Shown here in pieces: positions 38,728-49,062 of a DNA stretch of 64,000 nucleotides. How positions within the stretch are numbered: the first letter of the stretch is position 1; each line of letters starts with the position of its first letter. Origin of the DNA: Thermodesulfobium acidiphilum (GTDB lineage: Bacteria > Thermodesulfobiota > Thermodesulfobiia > Thermodesulfobiales > Thermodesulfobiaceae); assembly GCF_003057965.1 (NCBI RefSeq), contig NZ_CP020921.1:1414916-1478915 (forward strand), in the 5' to 3' direction. The position numbers were made by a program, and so were the translations under genes. The notes under the pieces are model-generated. The model was not told the DNA's origin, did no database searches, and worked only from the letters and a program-made list of their open reading frames with translations.

Positions 38728-39540
38728 TTAGGAAATTTTATTATTGCTCAAAATATTAAGTATTTCTGTCGCAGTTTCCTCTACTGCCTTGTTTGTTGCA
38801 TCAACAACTTTACAACCGATCCTCTTCATAATATTTTTAGCAAAAAGGAGCTCTTCCTCTACAAATCGTATATCCATATACGCCTTCATGCCGGTAATAC
38901 CCATTTTCTCCAATCTCTTTGCTCTTATAGCAGCTAAAGCATTTGGTTCTATAGTCAAACCGATTATTTTCTCCTTAGGCAGATCAAACAATATGCTAGG
39001 AGGTTCTATGCCTAATACCAAAGGAATATTTGCAACCTTGTATCCTTGATGTGCCATATACATTGAAAGTGGGGTCTTAGAAGTTCGAGATACACCAATT
39101 AATATTAAATCAGCTTTTAACAAATCGCCTAGATTTGCTCTCCCATCATCACATCTTACAGCAAACTCTATTGCCTCTACCCTGCTAAAATACATGGTAT
39201 CGAGTTTGTGTAAAATTCCAGGTTTTTCAATTGGGCTCTGTCTTGTAAACGTTTTTATTGCATCAATTGTTTGGCCTAAAACATCAACAGCCTTTATAGA
39301 TCTTTTCTCTACCTCATCCTTTAAAAGCGATCTAAGTTGACTGGTTACAATTGTGTAGAGTATCAACGTATCTTCTGGATTAATGTTTTCTAAAATTTCA
39401 ATAAGCTTTTTCTCATCAGTTACATAAGGAATTCTTTTAATTCGAAAATCAACGGCATTCTCAGGAAAAAGGCTTGTTGCAGCCACTGCTACTGCTTGTG
39501 CAGTGTGACCGGTTGAATCAGATAATATTAGAATATTCAC
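38728..39540 (-). CDS. PPDK regulatory kinase/pyrophosphorylase (DUF299)
   Basis: SDSTGHTA, DDG and GVSRTSKTPLSMY; adjacent to ppdK. Confidence 0.92.
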   Translation of the reverse strand: MNILILSDSTGHTAQAVAVAATSLFPENAVDFRIKRIPYVTDEKKLIEILENINPEDTLILYTIVTSQLRSLLKDEVEKRSIKAVDVLGQTIDAIKTFTRQSPIEKPGILHKLDTMYFSRVEAIEFAVRCDDGRANLGDLLKADLILIGVSRTSKTPLSMYMAHQGYKVANIPLVLGIEPPSILFDLPKEKIIGLTIEPNALAAIRAKRLEKMGITGMKAYMDIRFVEEELLFAKNIMKRIGCKVVDATNKAVEETATEILNILSNNKIS

Positions 39541-39564
39541 TTTGACTCCTTAAAAAGAAAGTTA

Positions 39565-41640
39565 TCACTGATTTCTTACTATCTTTTTCCAATTCCACAA
39601 TCTAAAAAACGGCAATGATATTAAGTTTAACAACGCTTTTCTGTTATCTCTAAGTTTCTTATCCTCCACATTAACAAGAACATTTTCAAAAAAAGTGTGA
39701 ATTGATCCAGAAAGATTAATGATTATGTTTAAAATCTCATCGTACTTTTTGTTTAGTATTGCATCTTCCAAATTATCTTTATTATTGATAAATTTTTCAT
39801 AAAGGTCCCTTTCATCTCTCTCAACTAACAAAGATGGATCAAATGCTACCAGTTCTTCTTTTTCCGAAATAATTCTTCCAAGTCGAATAATAGTGCTTAC
39901 AATATCAAAGAAATCTTTTCTCTTAGACCATTCAGTAAGAACGTCCAATCTTCTTTTAGCCTTTACAGGTGAAGACGTAATATCCAGAACAGCGTCAACC
40001 AAGTCGTATCTGTAACCCATATCAATAAACAAAGACGACATCCTGATTTTCATAAAGTTAATTAACTGACTAATGTCCCTTGAAGGGAGGGTAGTTATAT
40101 ATGAAATAGAATTCAGGGCAAAGTTAAATATTTCTTCAAGTTCGTTTTCATAACCATTATCCATCAATATTCTCAACACTCCAGCACTTGCTCTTCTTTG
40201 ACCATATGGATCCCCTGCACCTGACGGAGTCAAATTATTCAAAAAAGACATAAAAAGGTGATCGCATTTGTCAGAAAAGGAAAATAACTTACCTAATAAA
40301 GTAGTAGGAAGAGGGGATTTCATGTTTATTGGCAAATAATGCTCCTCTATTGCAAGTGCAATTTCAGGATCTATCCCTTCCTTTTCAGCATAAATTCTCC
40401 CCATTGTACCTTGTAATTCTGGAAATTCAAAAACCATCTGAGTAACAAGATCACACTTCAAAAGCGTCGATGAATTTTTTATCAACTCTTCATCAAGATT
40501 TATATTAAAAAACCTATTAAACGCAAGAGATAGTTCTCTAATTCTAAAAGTTTTGTCTAAATAGTTTCCTAACCCTTCCAGGTAAGAAACGCTAACGAGA
40601 TCGTCTAATCTGTCCCTTAACTTTTTCGTTAAATCCTTTTTCATGAAAAACATTGCATCTGAAAGCCTCGCTTTTAAAACCTTTTCGTTTCCGGCTCTAA
40701 CTATCTTTGTATCCTTATTTACACCATTTATTATTCCTACAAAATTGGGCATTATCTCGTTATTGTTATCTACTACAGCAAAATATCTTTGATGCCTTGC
40801 CATTACAGTTGTAAGAACTTCTCTAGGAAGATTTAAAAAATCAGGATTAAATGAACCCAAAAATGCCTTAGGACTTTCAACCAAAAACAATACCTCTTTT
40901 AAAAGATTCTGATCATAAACAATTTTTTTATCCTTATCCAAAACTTTTTTAATTTCAAGTTCTATAGTCTTTGCTCTTTCGTTCTGATCGATGATAATAT
41001 TTTTTTCTTTCATAATATTAAAGTAATCTTCAATCGATTTTACTTCATACTGCTCATTGGGAGTAAATCTCTCAAGATAAGTAAATTTATCTGATTCCAA
41101 TTTCCCAAGATGAACCTTAACATACCCTGAATCAGAAAGAGATAAGATCCATCTTATTGGTCTTACAAATCTAATTTTAGCTCCCCATCTCATACTCTTT
41201 GTCATTTTCAATTCTGAAATTACTCTGGGTAAAATATTGGGAATAATATCTGAAACCTTTAGGCCTTTATCTATTTTATAAAATACTACATATTCTCCAC
41301 CTTCACTCTTGTCAATCTTTACATTATCAATAGAAATATTAAATTTTTCAACAAATTTAAACAGCGCAGGCATAGGCTTCATGTTAGAGTCATAAGCAAA
41401 TCTTACAGGAGGTCCTTTTACTTTTTGTTTTGTTTCCGGAGTAAAATCAGGCAAATTAGAAAACAAAACAATTCTTCTAGGAGTAACATAACATTCTGTG
41501 TTTTGTCTTATCATTTCAAAATCCTTGCTACCAAATATCTCTGAAAATTTGTTTAAGAATATCTCTTTAAAGTCTTTACAAACGCTCGATGCAAAGTTAG
41601 ATGGCATCTCTTCACAACCTATTTCCAACAAGTACTTCAT
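39565..41640 (-). CDS. glyS: Glycine-tRNA ligase beta subunit
   Basis: LLEIGCEEMP, TPRR, FVRPIRW, EFPELQG and EHYLP. Confidence 0.95.
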   Translation of the reverse strand: MKYLLEIGCEEMPSNFASSVCKDFKEIFLNKFSEIFGSKDFEMIRQNTECYVTPRRIVLFSNLPDFTPETKQKVKGPPVRFAYDSNMKPMPALFKFVEKFNISIDNVKIDKSEGGEYVVFYKIDKGLKVSDIIPNILPRVISELKMTKSMRWGAKIRFVRPIRWILSLSDSGYVKVHLGKLESDKFTYLERFTPNEQYEVKSIEDYFNIMKEKNIIIDQNERAKTIELEIKKVLDKDKKIVYDQNLLKEVLFLVESPKAFLGSFNPDFLNLPREVLTTVMARHQRYFAVVDNNNEIMPNFVGIINGVNKDTKIVRAGNEKVLKARLSDAMFFMKKDLTKKLRDRLDDLVSVSYLEGLGNYLDKTFRIRELSLAFNRFFNINLDEELIKNSSTLLKCDLVTQMVFEFPELQGTMGRIYAEKEGIDPEIALAIEEHYLPINMKSPLPTTLLGKLFSFSDKCDHLFMSFLNNLTPSGAGDPYGQRRASAGVLRILMDNGYENELEEIFNFALNSISYITTLPSRDISQLINFMKIRMSSLFIDMGYRYDLVDAVLDITSSPVKAKRRLDVLTEWSKRKDFFDIVSTIIRLGRIISEKEELVAFDPSLLVERDERDLYEKFINNKDNLEDAILNKKYDEILNIIINLSGSIHTFFENVLVNVEDKKLRDNRKALLNLISLPFFRLWNWKKIVRNQ

Positions 41641-41703
41641 ACTTTTATCTACATTTCCTCTCTTTCTTTAAGATAATATGCTTTAAATTAAACATCTTTA
41701 CTT

Positions 41704-42585
41704 TTATTTTTTATTCTCTTTATTATTTTTCTCAGCAATTGCTACTCTTTTTGCAACTTCTTTTGCTAGATTTCTAACTCTTGATATATAATGAGTCCTT
41801 TCTAATACTCCAATCGCACCCCTTGCGTCCAAAAGGTTAAAGTTATGCGAACACTTAAGCACATAATCATAAGCAGGTCTTATCAAATCTAATTCTATTA
41901 ACCTTAAAGCTTCTTCCTCATAATCATCAAAGTGCCTTTTTAGCATCAGAATATCAGCTTCTTCAAAATTAAATTTTGACCATTCTACTTCACTATTAAA
42001 ATGAATATCGCGATAGGTTACTTTATCGTTAATTTTTATGTCAAAAACATTGTCTACATCCTGTAGATAAAGAGCTATCCTTTCTAACCCATAGGTTATT
42101 TCAAGAGAAATAGGGTCAAGATCTATTCCACCAGCCTGTTGAAAATAGGTAAACTGGGTTATTTCCATACCATCCAACCACACCTCCCAACCTATCCCCC
42201 AAGCGCCAAGAGTCGGAGATTCCCAATCATCTTCTACAAACCTAATATCGTGTTTTTTTACATCAAGGCCTAAAGCCTCAAGACTTCTTATGTATATATC
42301 CTGAGTAAACGTTGGGGCAGGCTTTAATATAACCTGAAACTGATAATAGTGTTGTAGTCTATTAGGATTTTCTCCATATCTACCATCAGTAGGCCTTCTA
42401 GAGGGCTCAACATAACAGGTATTCCAGCTATCTGGTCCCAAAACCCTTAGAAAAGTTGAAGGATTCATTGTTCCAGCCCCTTTTTCCACATCATACGGCT
42501 GAAGCAACACGCACCCATTCTTTGTCCAAAAATCTTGAAGTTTTAATATGATCTGTTGAAAATTTAATTTTTTGATTTCAAACAC
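41704..42585 (-). CDS. glyQ: Glycine-tRNA ligase alpha subunit
   Basis: [32 protein letters not shown] and EITYGLER. Confidence 0.97.
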   Translation of the reverse strand: MFEIKKLNFQQIILKLQDFWTKNGCVLLQPYDVEKGAGTMNPSTFLRVLGPDSWNTCYVEPSRRPTDGRYGENPNRLQHYYQFQVILKPAPTFTQDIYIRSLEALGLDVKKHDIRFVEDDWESPTLGAWGIGWEVWLDGMEITQFTYFQQAGGIDLDPISLEITYGLERIALYLQDVDNVFDIKINDKVTYRDIHFNSEVEWSKFNFEEADILMLKRHFDDYEEEALRLIELDLIRPAYDYVLKCSHNFNLLDARGAIGVLERTHYISRVRNLAKEVAKRVAIAEKNNKENKK

Positions 42586-44032
42586 CTCCTAAACGTTTTG
42601 GGGAAACCCATGTACTAGGTTTGTTATCAAACAAAACCCTTTTAAAAACAAAAAACATTATAAACATCCAGGTTAACATATAAAGGGAAAAAAATAGAGA
42701 AAGTAAGATTCTTTTCATAAAACCGATATTAAAATAATCTTTTAAAAAAAACATTGAAATTGGAAATAATAATGCTGGATAAGACAAGATGATAACTAAA
42801 AGTATTAAAATATCACCTTTTCCAAAGATTAATAATCCTATTTCTTCAAACATAGATAGTATAGCAAAAAAAGGTATTAAAAATTCTGAAATAAAAAAAA
42901 GAAAAAAATCAAGGTTAGATTTTGTTGATTCAAAAGAAATTTCCTTCAAACAATTATTACATCTATTTGAAATTGCTCTTCTTAGTATAAGTGCTGAATA
43001 TTTAATGTATCTTCTGAGCGAACCCTCAAGCCACCTAAACCTTTGCGTCCACCATGACAAGAGATCAAAAACAGTTTGTTCATAAACAAAGGGTTCTTCA
43101 AGAAATACTATCTTCTTCCTGTTAAAGAACAGCCTTGAAGACATTTCTAGGTCGTCTGTAATAGACTCTTCATCAAATCCATGAACCTCTTTTAACACCT
43201 CTCTGCTAATAACCATGCCTGATCCTCGAAGTTCAACAGCCCCTCCAAAGGCATTTCTAGATTTTTGCATAAAGGAATCCAAACACAATTCAAGATAAGA
43301 TAAGTAAGAAATAAGGTTATAGTTTGGGTTTGATGAAACCTTTCTTAATTGAATCGCATCTGGTTTAAATTTGTTTATAAAATTAGAAATTTTAACCAAA
43401 GCATCTCTGTCAATAAAATATGAATCTGCATCCAACATAACAACGTAATCGCCTGAACAAAGCTCTATCCCATCGTTTAAGCTAGCCGATTTACCCGGTT
43501 TAGAATCATGAGTTCTATGTAAAACTTTAATTTCCTTGTCAGAATCAAATTCCTTTTTATATGCTAAAACAAAATCATCTACTATTTTTCCTGTTTTATC
43601 TTCAGATCTGTCATCTACTATTATTATTTCAAAATTCCCATTCAACTCAATAATTTTTTTTAAGGTATTTTCTATAACGCTCTCCTCGTTGTGAGCACAT
43701 ATTAAAATGCTAAATTTATAAAAAAAGTCATTACTCTCAAGATCATTTTGCTTAGAATCGATTATATCATCCATACTCTTCAACTTCTTAATTAGAAAAA
43801 AAAGATAAATGAAAAATATTAAAATAAAAAAAACGTAAAGAGCCATTATAACCCTTCTAATATAAAACCATACAATAAAGTAAAGGAGGATAAATATCAA
43901 CGATAAAATTGATTTGTACTTTGTTAAATTAAAAAGTATAAAAGACATCACTTTTAATCTGAGTTCTTCTGATCTCTCCTGTTCAAAACATACAATATTT
44001 TTGTTCTCTATTTTCTTTTGATTAATTTTCAC
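42578..44032 (-). CDS. GT2 membrane glycosyltransferase, MgdA (monoglucosyl-DAG synthase)-like
   Basis: [41 protein letters not shown] and QRFRW; N- and C-terminal TMs. Confidence 0.8.
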   Translation of the reverse strand: MKINQKKIENKNIVCFEQERSEELRLKVMSFILFNLTKYKSILSLIFILLYFIVWFYIRRVIMALYVFFILIFFIYLFFLIKKLKSMDDIIDSKQNDLESNDFFYKFSILICAHNEESVIENTLKKIIELNGNFEIIIVDDRSEDKTGKIVDDFVLAYKKEFDSDKEIKVLHRTHDSKPGKSASLNDGIELCSGDYVVMLDADSYFIDRDALVKISNFINKFKPDAIQLRKVSSNPNYNLISYLSYLELCLDSFMQKSRNAFGGAVELRGSGMVISREVLKEVHGFDEESITDDLEMSSRLFFNRKKIVFLEEPFVYEQTVFDLLSWWTQRFRWLEGSLRRYIKYSALILRRAISNRCNNCLKEISFESTKSNLDFFLFFISEFLIPFFAILSMFEEIGLLIFGKGDILILLVIILSYPALLFPISMFFLKDYFNIGFMKRILLSLFFSLYMLTWMFIMFFVFKRVLFDNKPSTWVSPKRLGGV

Positions 44033-44076
44033 ACCTTCTAAATAATTTGATAAAAAATATTTATTTATTCAAATAT

Positions 44077-45198
44077 TCAAACTTTGCTTTTCTCCAAAAA
44101 CTTCCTGAAATTTATTACATTATAGTAAACATCTTCCAAAATTTGTATCTGTCTAAATATATTAAAGTTACTTATAATTCTTTCTCTTGCTTTACTAGAA
44201 AACTTACTTCTTAGTTCTTCGTTTTGATAACTAATCTTTAAAGCATGAATTAATTCATCCTTTAATTTCATAGGGTTAAGCAGTATTCCAGAATCCTGAA
44301 GTGCATCCTGTGTAGCTCCTACATTTGTTGCTATACACATCAATTTGGAACTCATTGCCTCTAAAAGAGCTAGAGGAAGCCCCTCTATTGATGACGGCAA
44401 AACAAAGACATCACTAGACCTAAAAATTTCTTGTTTTCTATCCTGATTTGCTTCGCCAAAAAATATTATGTTTTCGCTATTAAAATCCCTCTTCAATTTT
44501 AAAAGATCAATTCCATCACCAACAATCAGTAGTTTAACTTTTTCAGGAAAGTTGTTCTCCAAAAAAGCCTCACATAAAACTTTTACATTCTTCTCAGGGC
44601 TTATCCTCCCTAAATAAAGAAAAAGAAAATCAGCATTCAACCTTTCTTTCAAATCAGAATAACCTGGGGAATATTTTATAGGATCTACTCCGTTTGGTAT
44701 TATTTGAAGTTTTTCTTTTTTTACTCCTTTTTCCATTAGAAAATCGCTTTGTACGGATGAAAGAGTAATAATTTTATCATAATTACTCAAAAAAGGAGCA
44801 TAAACGTTGTAAACAACTTGTGAAAAAACACCCCAAAGAGTTTTGTTTTTATCAAAAGGCGGATGGAATGTAGCAATTACTGGAATATCGTCGAATATAT
44901 CCGGGATAAAAAAATCTAAAAAGGAAAGGGTTAAAGATATATGAATACAATCGGGCTTCACAGACTTTACAATGTCTTTTAGTTTTCTTATTGTTGAAGG
45001 AGCTATCATAATATACGGCTGAGTTTTGAATAGATAAGGCAAAAAACTTCTATCTTTTTCATCCTCACCTTCATCAAAAAGTAATAGATGAACGCTGTGA
45101 CCTCTTTCGTCAAGTTTTTCTTTTATTTCCTGCACATAAACCGAATTGCCATCAATTGGAGAAAGTCTGCCAAGAATTAGTATTTTAAGTTTATTCAA
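44077..45198 (-). CDS. GT4 glycosyltransferase, cyanobacterial DgdA-like
   Basis: LPYLFKTQPY, HISLTLSFLDF, ATFHPPFD, IPNGVD, GRISPEKN and EGLPLALLEAM. Confidence 0.8.
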   Translation of the reverse strand: MNKLKILILGRLSPIDGNSVYVQEIKEKLDERGHSVHLLLFDEGEDEKDRSFLPYLFKTQPYIMIAPSTIRKLKDIVKSVKPDCIHISLTLSFLDFFIPDIFDDIPVIATFHPPFDKNKTLWGVFSQVVYNVYAPFLSNYDKIITLSSVQSDFLMEKGVKKEKLQIIPNGVDPIKYSPGYSDLKERLNADFLFLYLGRISPEKNVKVLCEAFLENNFPEKVKLLIVGDGIDLLKLKRDFNSENIIFFGEANQDRKQEIFRSSDVFVLPSSIEGLPLALLEAMSSKLMCIATNVGATQDALQDSGILLNPMKLKDELIHALKISYQNEELRSKFSSKARERIISNFNIFRQIQILEDVYYNVINFRKFLEKSKV

Positions 45199-46402
45199 TC
45201 CTATCAGCCTCCACTGCTACAGATTTTATAGAAAAATATAAAAGTGAAGTTAAAATTCCAAGAATTAAAAAACAAATTCTTACGCCAAACATATCAGCTA
45301 ATTCGCCTGCAAAAAGAATAGGAAATGTCGAAGTAAAGCTAATAAACATATTTAATATTGCAAAAACTCTTCCCCTAAAAGATTCCTTTACTACTTTTTG
45401 CATCATAGATTGAATTGGAATATTTACAAGTGCATTAGCAATACCTAACAAAAAAGAAATTATTGGTATAATAAGTATTTGAGTAATTGTGGACATCAAC
45501 ACCAAACATAGGCTGGCAAACAGTATTCCTATGCTTACAATGGTGGAATTTTTAAAAGTTGGAGTTTTAATATGACCAATTATTAAAGAACCCAAAACCA
45601 TTCCAAATCCTGCAGGAACAACAATTATAGAAAAATTAGCTTCACTAAGGTGAAGAACTTCTCTAACATAACCTACAGCTAAAACGCTTACCATTCCCAT
45701 CAAAGAAGTTGCAATAGATTGTTCAAGTATTAAAACCTGAATAAGCTTTGAAGACTTTATATAGGTAAAGGAGTCAAAAAGAGCCTTTCTAAAAGAGCAA
45801 TACTTTACTTCTGAATGTGGTCTGTCATTTGGTAAAATTGAAGAAACAATAGCAGCTGCCAAATAAGACATAGCTGTAAGCACCACAGCCACTTTTATAC
45901 CAAAAAATAACACAACTGGACTAATAGCAGCAAAACCAAGTATAAATGACATTACCCATGTAACGTTAAAGAGTGAGTTGGCAGCTGACAAATTTTTTTT
46001 CGATGCAGTTTTTGGTATCATTGCAAATTCTGCTGGAGCAAATATAACAATCAAAGAAGCTATTAAAAAGCTATAAAAATAAATTGCAAATAAATTTTCT
46101 AGAAAAAAAACTAATAAAATAGATAACAAACTTCTTAAAATGTTTATTGAAACCAGGATAAACTTTCTGTCTACCTTATCTAAAAAAACACCTATAAAAG
46201 GAGCTATCACCACAGATGGCAGGGCAAAGGACACCATAAGTGACGAAACGCTAATATTTGTATTGGTTATATTTGAAACTGCAATCATTAAAGCTGCCAT
46301 TAAAAATTTATCCGAAAACTGTGAAAAAATCTGCGCTATCCACAATCTTAAAAAGTATTTATCTTCAAAAAGCCAGACTCTATTCATAAAATTCCTTTTC
46401 AA
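45191..46402 (-). CDS. MFS transporter
   Basis: FLRLWIAQIFSQFSD, GVFLDKVDRK, FAPAE and RGRVFA; about 12 TM. Confidence 0.9.
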   Translation of the reverse strand: MKRNFMNRVWLFEDKYFLRLWIAQIFSQFSDKFLMAALMIAVSNITNTNISVSSLMVSFALPSVVIAPFIGVFLDKVDRKFILVSINILRSLLSILLVFFLENLFAIYFYSFLIASLIVIFAPAEFAMIPKTASKKNLSAANSLFNVTWVMSFILGFAAISPVVLFFGIKVAVVLTAMSYLAAAIVSSILPNDRPHSEVKYCSFRKALFDSFTYIKSSKLIQVLILEQSIATSLMGMVSVLAVGYVREVLHLSEANFSIIVVPAGFGMVLGSLIIGHIKTPTFKNSTIVSIGILFASLCLVLMSTITQILIIPIISFLLGIANALVNIPIQSMMQKVVKESFRGRVFAILNMFISFTSTFPILFAGELADMFGVRICFLILGILTSLLYFSIKSVAVEADRIE

Positions 46403-46916
46403 TTAACTTTATCGATTTTGGCAAATAGCCTAGAATTTCAATCATTTGCTTCTTCAAAGCCTTAAAATCACTAATATCTTTTTCATAGTGCAATTCATCT
46501 ACAAAACCAGCATAATAAAATTCTTCCTTCAAGGATTTTACAAACCAATCAAGGTCTTTAAATTGCGTTTCGTTCTCAAAAAAAATGTTCGCATACACTC
46601 TTTTAACAGACTCAAAAGCACCCCTTGCAATCTTATCTATAATATCCAAATACGAAGAGAGTAAAATTGATTGCCTAAAGGAGCCTATGTTAGGCGATCT
46701 TATTATACTATATTCATTTAATATCATAATCTCTCCCTTTGTTTTAACAAGTTCAACATCCATAAATGTGCCTGGAAAAATTAATTTTCTAAATATAGCC
46801 TTCTTACTACCCTTCAGGAGAGCTGGTAAAGAACCAAAACTATCAGTTAAAATTTTAACAATAAAACTATTCTCTTTAATAGGATAAGATCTTAAAAAAA
46901 TCCCCTGTTCTATCAT
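46380..46916 (-). CDS. recO: DNA repair protein RecO (short, divergent)
   Basis: EQGIFLRSYPIKENSFIVKILTDSFG OB-fold N-terminus; conserved position after cdd. Confidence 0.7.
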   Translation of the reverse strand: MIEQGIFLRSYPIKENSFIVKILTDSFGSLPALLKGSKKAIFRKLIFPGTFMDVELVKTKGEIMILNEYSIIRSPNIGSFRQSILLSSYLDIIDKIARGAFESVKRVYANIFFENETQFKDLDWFVKSLKEEFYYAGFVDELHYEKDISDFKALKKQMIEILGYLPKSIKLIEKEFYE

Positions 46917-47359
46917 TTATGCAAGCTAAATGGGTGTCTTAAAAGATCCGAAAAAGGTATAACCCTTATTTCTTTACTAGAAATTAGAATGATTGGAAAA
47001 TTACTATCCACAAATTCAGACATAACCTGAAGGCAACATCCACATGGATATGGCAAAATATCTTTATTATATACTGCAAGACATAAAAAACTTCGCTCTC
47101 CAGAAGAAAGAGCTTTAAAAAAAGCTACTCTCTCTGCGCAAACAGTAGACCCATAAGAAGAGTTCTCTATATTACAACCCTGAACTATGCTTTTATTTTC
47201 CAACAACAAACCAGCTCCAACCGCAAACCTTGAGTAGGGTGAATAAGAATACATTGAAGCATTTTTAGCTTCATTTATAAGTGTTTCTATTAAATCTTTA
47301 TAAATTTTATTTTTAGAACCTAAAAGCAAATTTACTTCCTTCTCTATATCCAAAATCAC
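46913..47359 (-). CDS. cdd: Cytidine deaminase
   Basis: YSPYSRFAVGA, GCNIEN, CAER and PCGCCLQ. Confidence 0.93.
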   Translation of the reverse strand: MILDIEKEVNLLLGSKNKIYKDLIETLINEAKNASMYSYSPYSRFAVGAGLLLENKSIVQGCNIENSSYGSTVCAERVAFFKALSSGERSFLCLAVYNKDILPYPCGCCLQVMSEFVDSNFPIILISSKEIRVIPFSDLLRHPFSLHK

Positions 47360-47436
47360 TGCACTCCAAATAAAATTTAAGAATAACCAGACCTCTACTT
47401 ATTGACTTAAAAAAGCTTTAAAGAAAAAGCTTTAAA

Positions 47437-49062
47437 TTATAATTTATCAGATATTGCAACTTTCATAAAATCAAAAAACAATGGATGAGGCTTGTTAGGT
47501 CTCGACTTAAATTCTGGGTGAAATTGGGTTCCCAAATACCATTTGTGACCTCTTAACTCTACAATTTCTACTAGATTTTTTTCCTCAAATATGCCGCTAG
47601 CAATCATACCGTGTTCTTCAAAATCTTTTTTAAATAAATTATTGAATTCATATCTATGCCTGTGCCTTTCGAAAACCAAATCCTGGTTGTATGCGCGCTT
47701 TGCAAGAGTATTATCCACCAGTTTACATGGAAATGCCCCGAGCCTCATCGTAGCCCCCTTATCAACTATCCTCTTCTGTTCTTCCATCAAATCAATCACA
47801 GGAAATTTTGTATTTTCATCAAATTCTGTGCTATTTGCACCTTTTAATCCAAGTACATTTCTCGCAAATTCAATACACATAATCTGCATACCCAAACATA
47901 ATCCAAAATACGGAATGTTGTTTTCACGAGCAAATCTTGCTGTCAATATTTTGCCCTCAATACCTCTAACCCCAAAACCACCAGGAACCACAATGCCCTT
48001 TACTCCTTCAAGCATTTTTCTAGCATCATCCATAGAGTTGATATTTTCTGTATTTATCCATCTAATTTTTAATTCGTATCCTAAATGTAAACTGCTGTGT
48101 CTCAAAGATTCCACTACGCTAATATAAGAATCAGGCAATCCAACGTATTTACCTGCAATAGCAATTTCAACCATATCCTTTAAATTCTTAGCCATTTCAA
48201 TTATTCTAATCCAACTATCTAATTGAGGTTCTACATATGGTTCAATCTTTAGTTTATTTGCTACTAGTTTGCTTAATTTGTTGGACTCAAGCATAATTGG
48301 CGCCTCATAAATTACATGTCTTACGTCTTCTAGTGGGATTACTGCTTCGGGATCTACATCACAGAATAGAGATATTTTCTCCCTTATGGAATTATTAATA
48401 GATTTCTCTGATCTAAGTATTATTATATCGGGTTGAATTCCAATACTCCTTAATTCTTTGACGCTGTGTTGAGTGGGTTTTGTTTTTAGTTCTCTTGCAG
48501 CTTTTAAATAAGGAACGAGTGTTAGATGGATATAAAGAGTATTATCCCTGCCAACATCCTTTTTAAATTGTCTGATTGCCTCTAAAAATGGCTCACCCTC
48601 TATATCTCCTACTGTACCTCCAACCTCACAAATTAAAACACCTCCATCGATAAGCCTGGCAGCTTCTCTGATCTTCGACTTTATTTCATTTATTACGTGC
48701 GGCACAACCTGAACAGTACCGCCCAGAAAGTCTCCGCGCCTTTCCTTTAAAAGTATTTCCTGATAAACCATACCAGAAGTTAAATTCGATGACTTTGTAA
48801 GATTTGTATTTATAAATCTTTCATAGTGTCCCAGATCAAGGTCAGTCTCAGCTCCATCATCAGTTACAAATACCTCACCGTGTTGATAAGGGTTCATTGT
48901 ACCTGGATCTACGTTTAAATATGGATCAAGTTTAATAACATTTACCCTTAAACCCATAGACTTCAATATTCTTCCCAAAGAAGCAACCACTATACCCTTA
49001 CCCAGAGATGAGGTAACCCCACCAGTGACGAAAACAAATTTTGTGTTATTGTCTAACTTCAT
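47437..49062 (-). CDS. pyrG: CTP synthase
   Basis: GGVTSSLGKG, KTKPTQHSV, GLCLGMQ and QFHPE. Confidence 0.97.
   Translation of the reverse strand: MKLDNNTKFVFVTGGVTSSLGKGIVVASLGRILKSMGLRVNVIKLDPYLNVDPGTMNPYQHGEVFVTDDGAETDLDLGHYERFINTNLTKSSNLTSGMVYQEILLKERRGDFLGGTVQVVPHVINEIKSKIREAARLIDGGVLICEVGGTVGDIEGEPFLEAIRQFKKDVGRDNTLYIHLTLVPYLKAARELKTKPTQHSVKELRSIGIQPDIIILRSEKSINNSIREKISLFCDVDPEAVIPLEDVRHVIYEAPIMLESNKLSKLVANKLKIEPYVEPQLDSWIRIIEMAKNLKDMVEIAIAGKYVGLPDSYISVVESLRHSSLHLGYELKIRWINTENINSMDDARKMLEGVKGIVVPGGFGVRGIEGKILTARFARENNIPYFGLCLGMQIMCIEFARNVLGLKGANSTEFDENTKFPVIDLMEEQKRIVDKGATMRLGAFPCKLVDNTLAKRAYNQDLVFERHRHRYEFNNLFKKDFEEHGMIASGIFEEKNLVEIVELRGHKWYLGTQFHPEFKSRPNKPHPLFFDFMKVAISDKL

Noticed and set aside
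42586-42800. T-box leader for glyQS
   Set aside because: glyQ overlaps the upstream GT2 stop, so there is no leader space or T-box motif.
47591-48127. Antisense ORFs (this 178-aa one inside pyrG, and those at 61326, 31691, 12597, 21055 and others)
   Set aside because: Shadow frames opposite well-conserved genes, with no SD or recognisable motifs.
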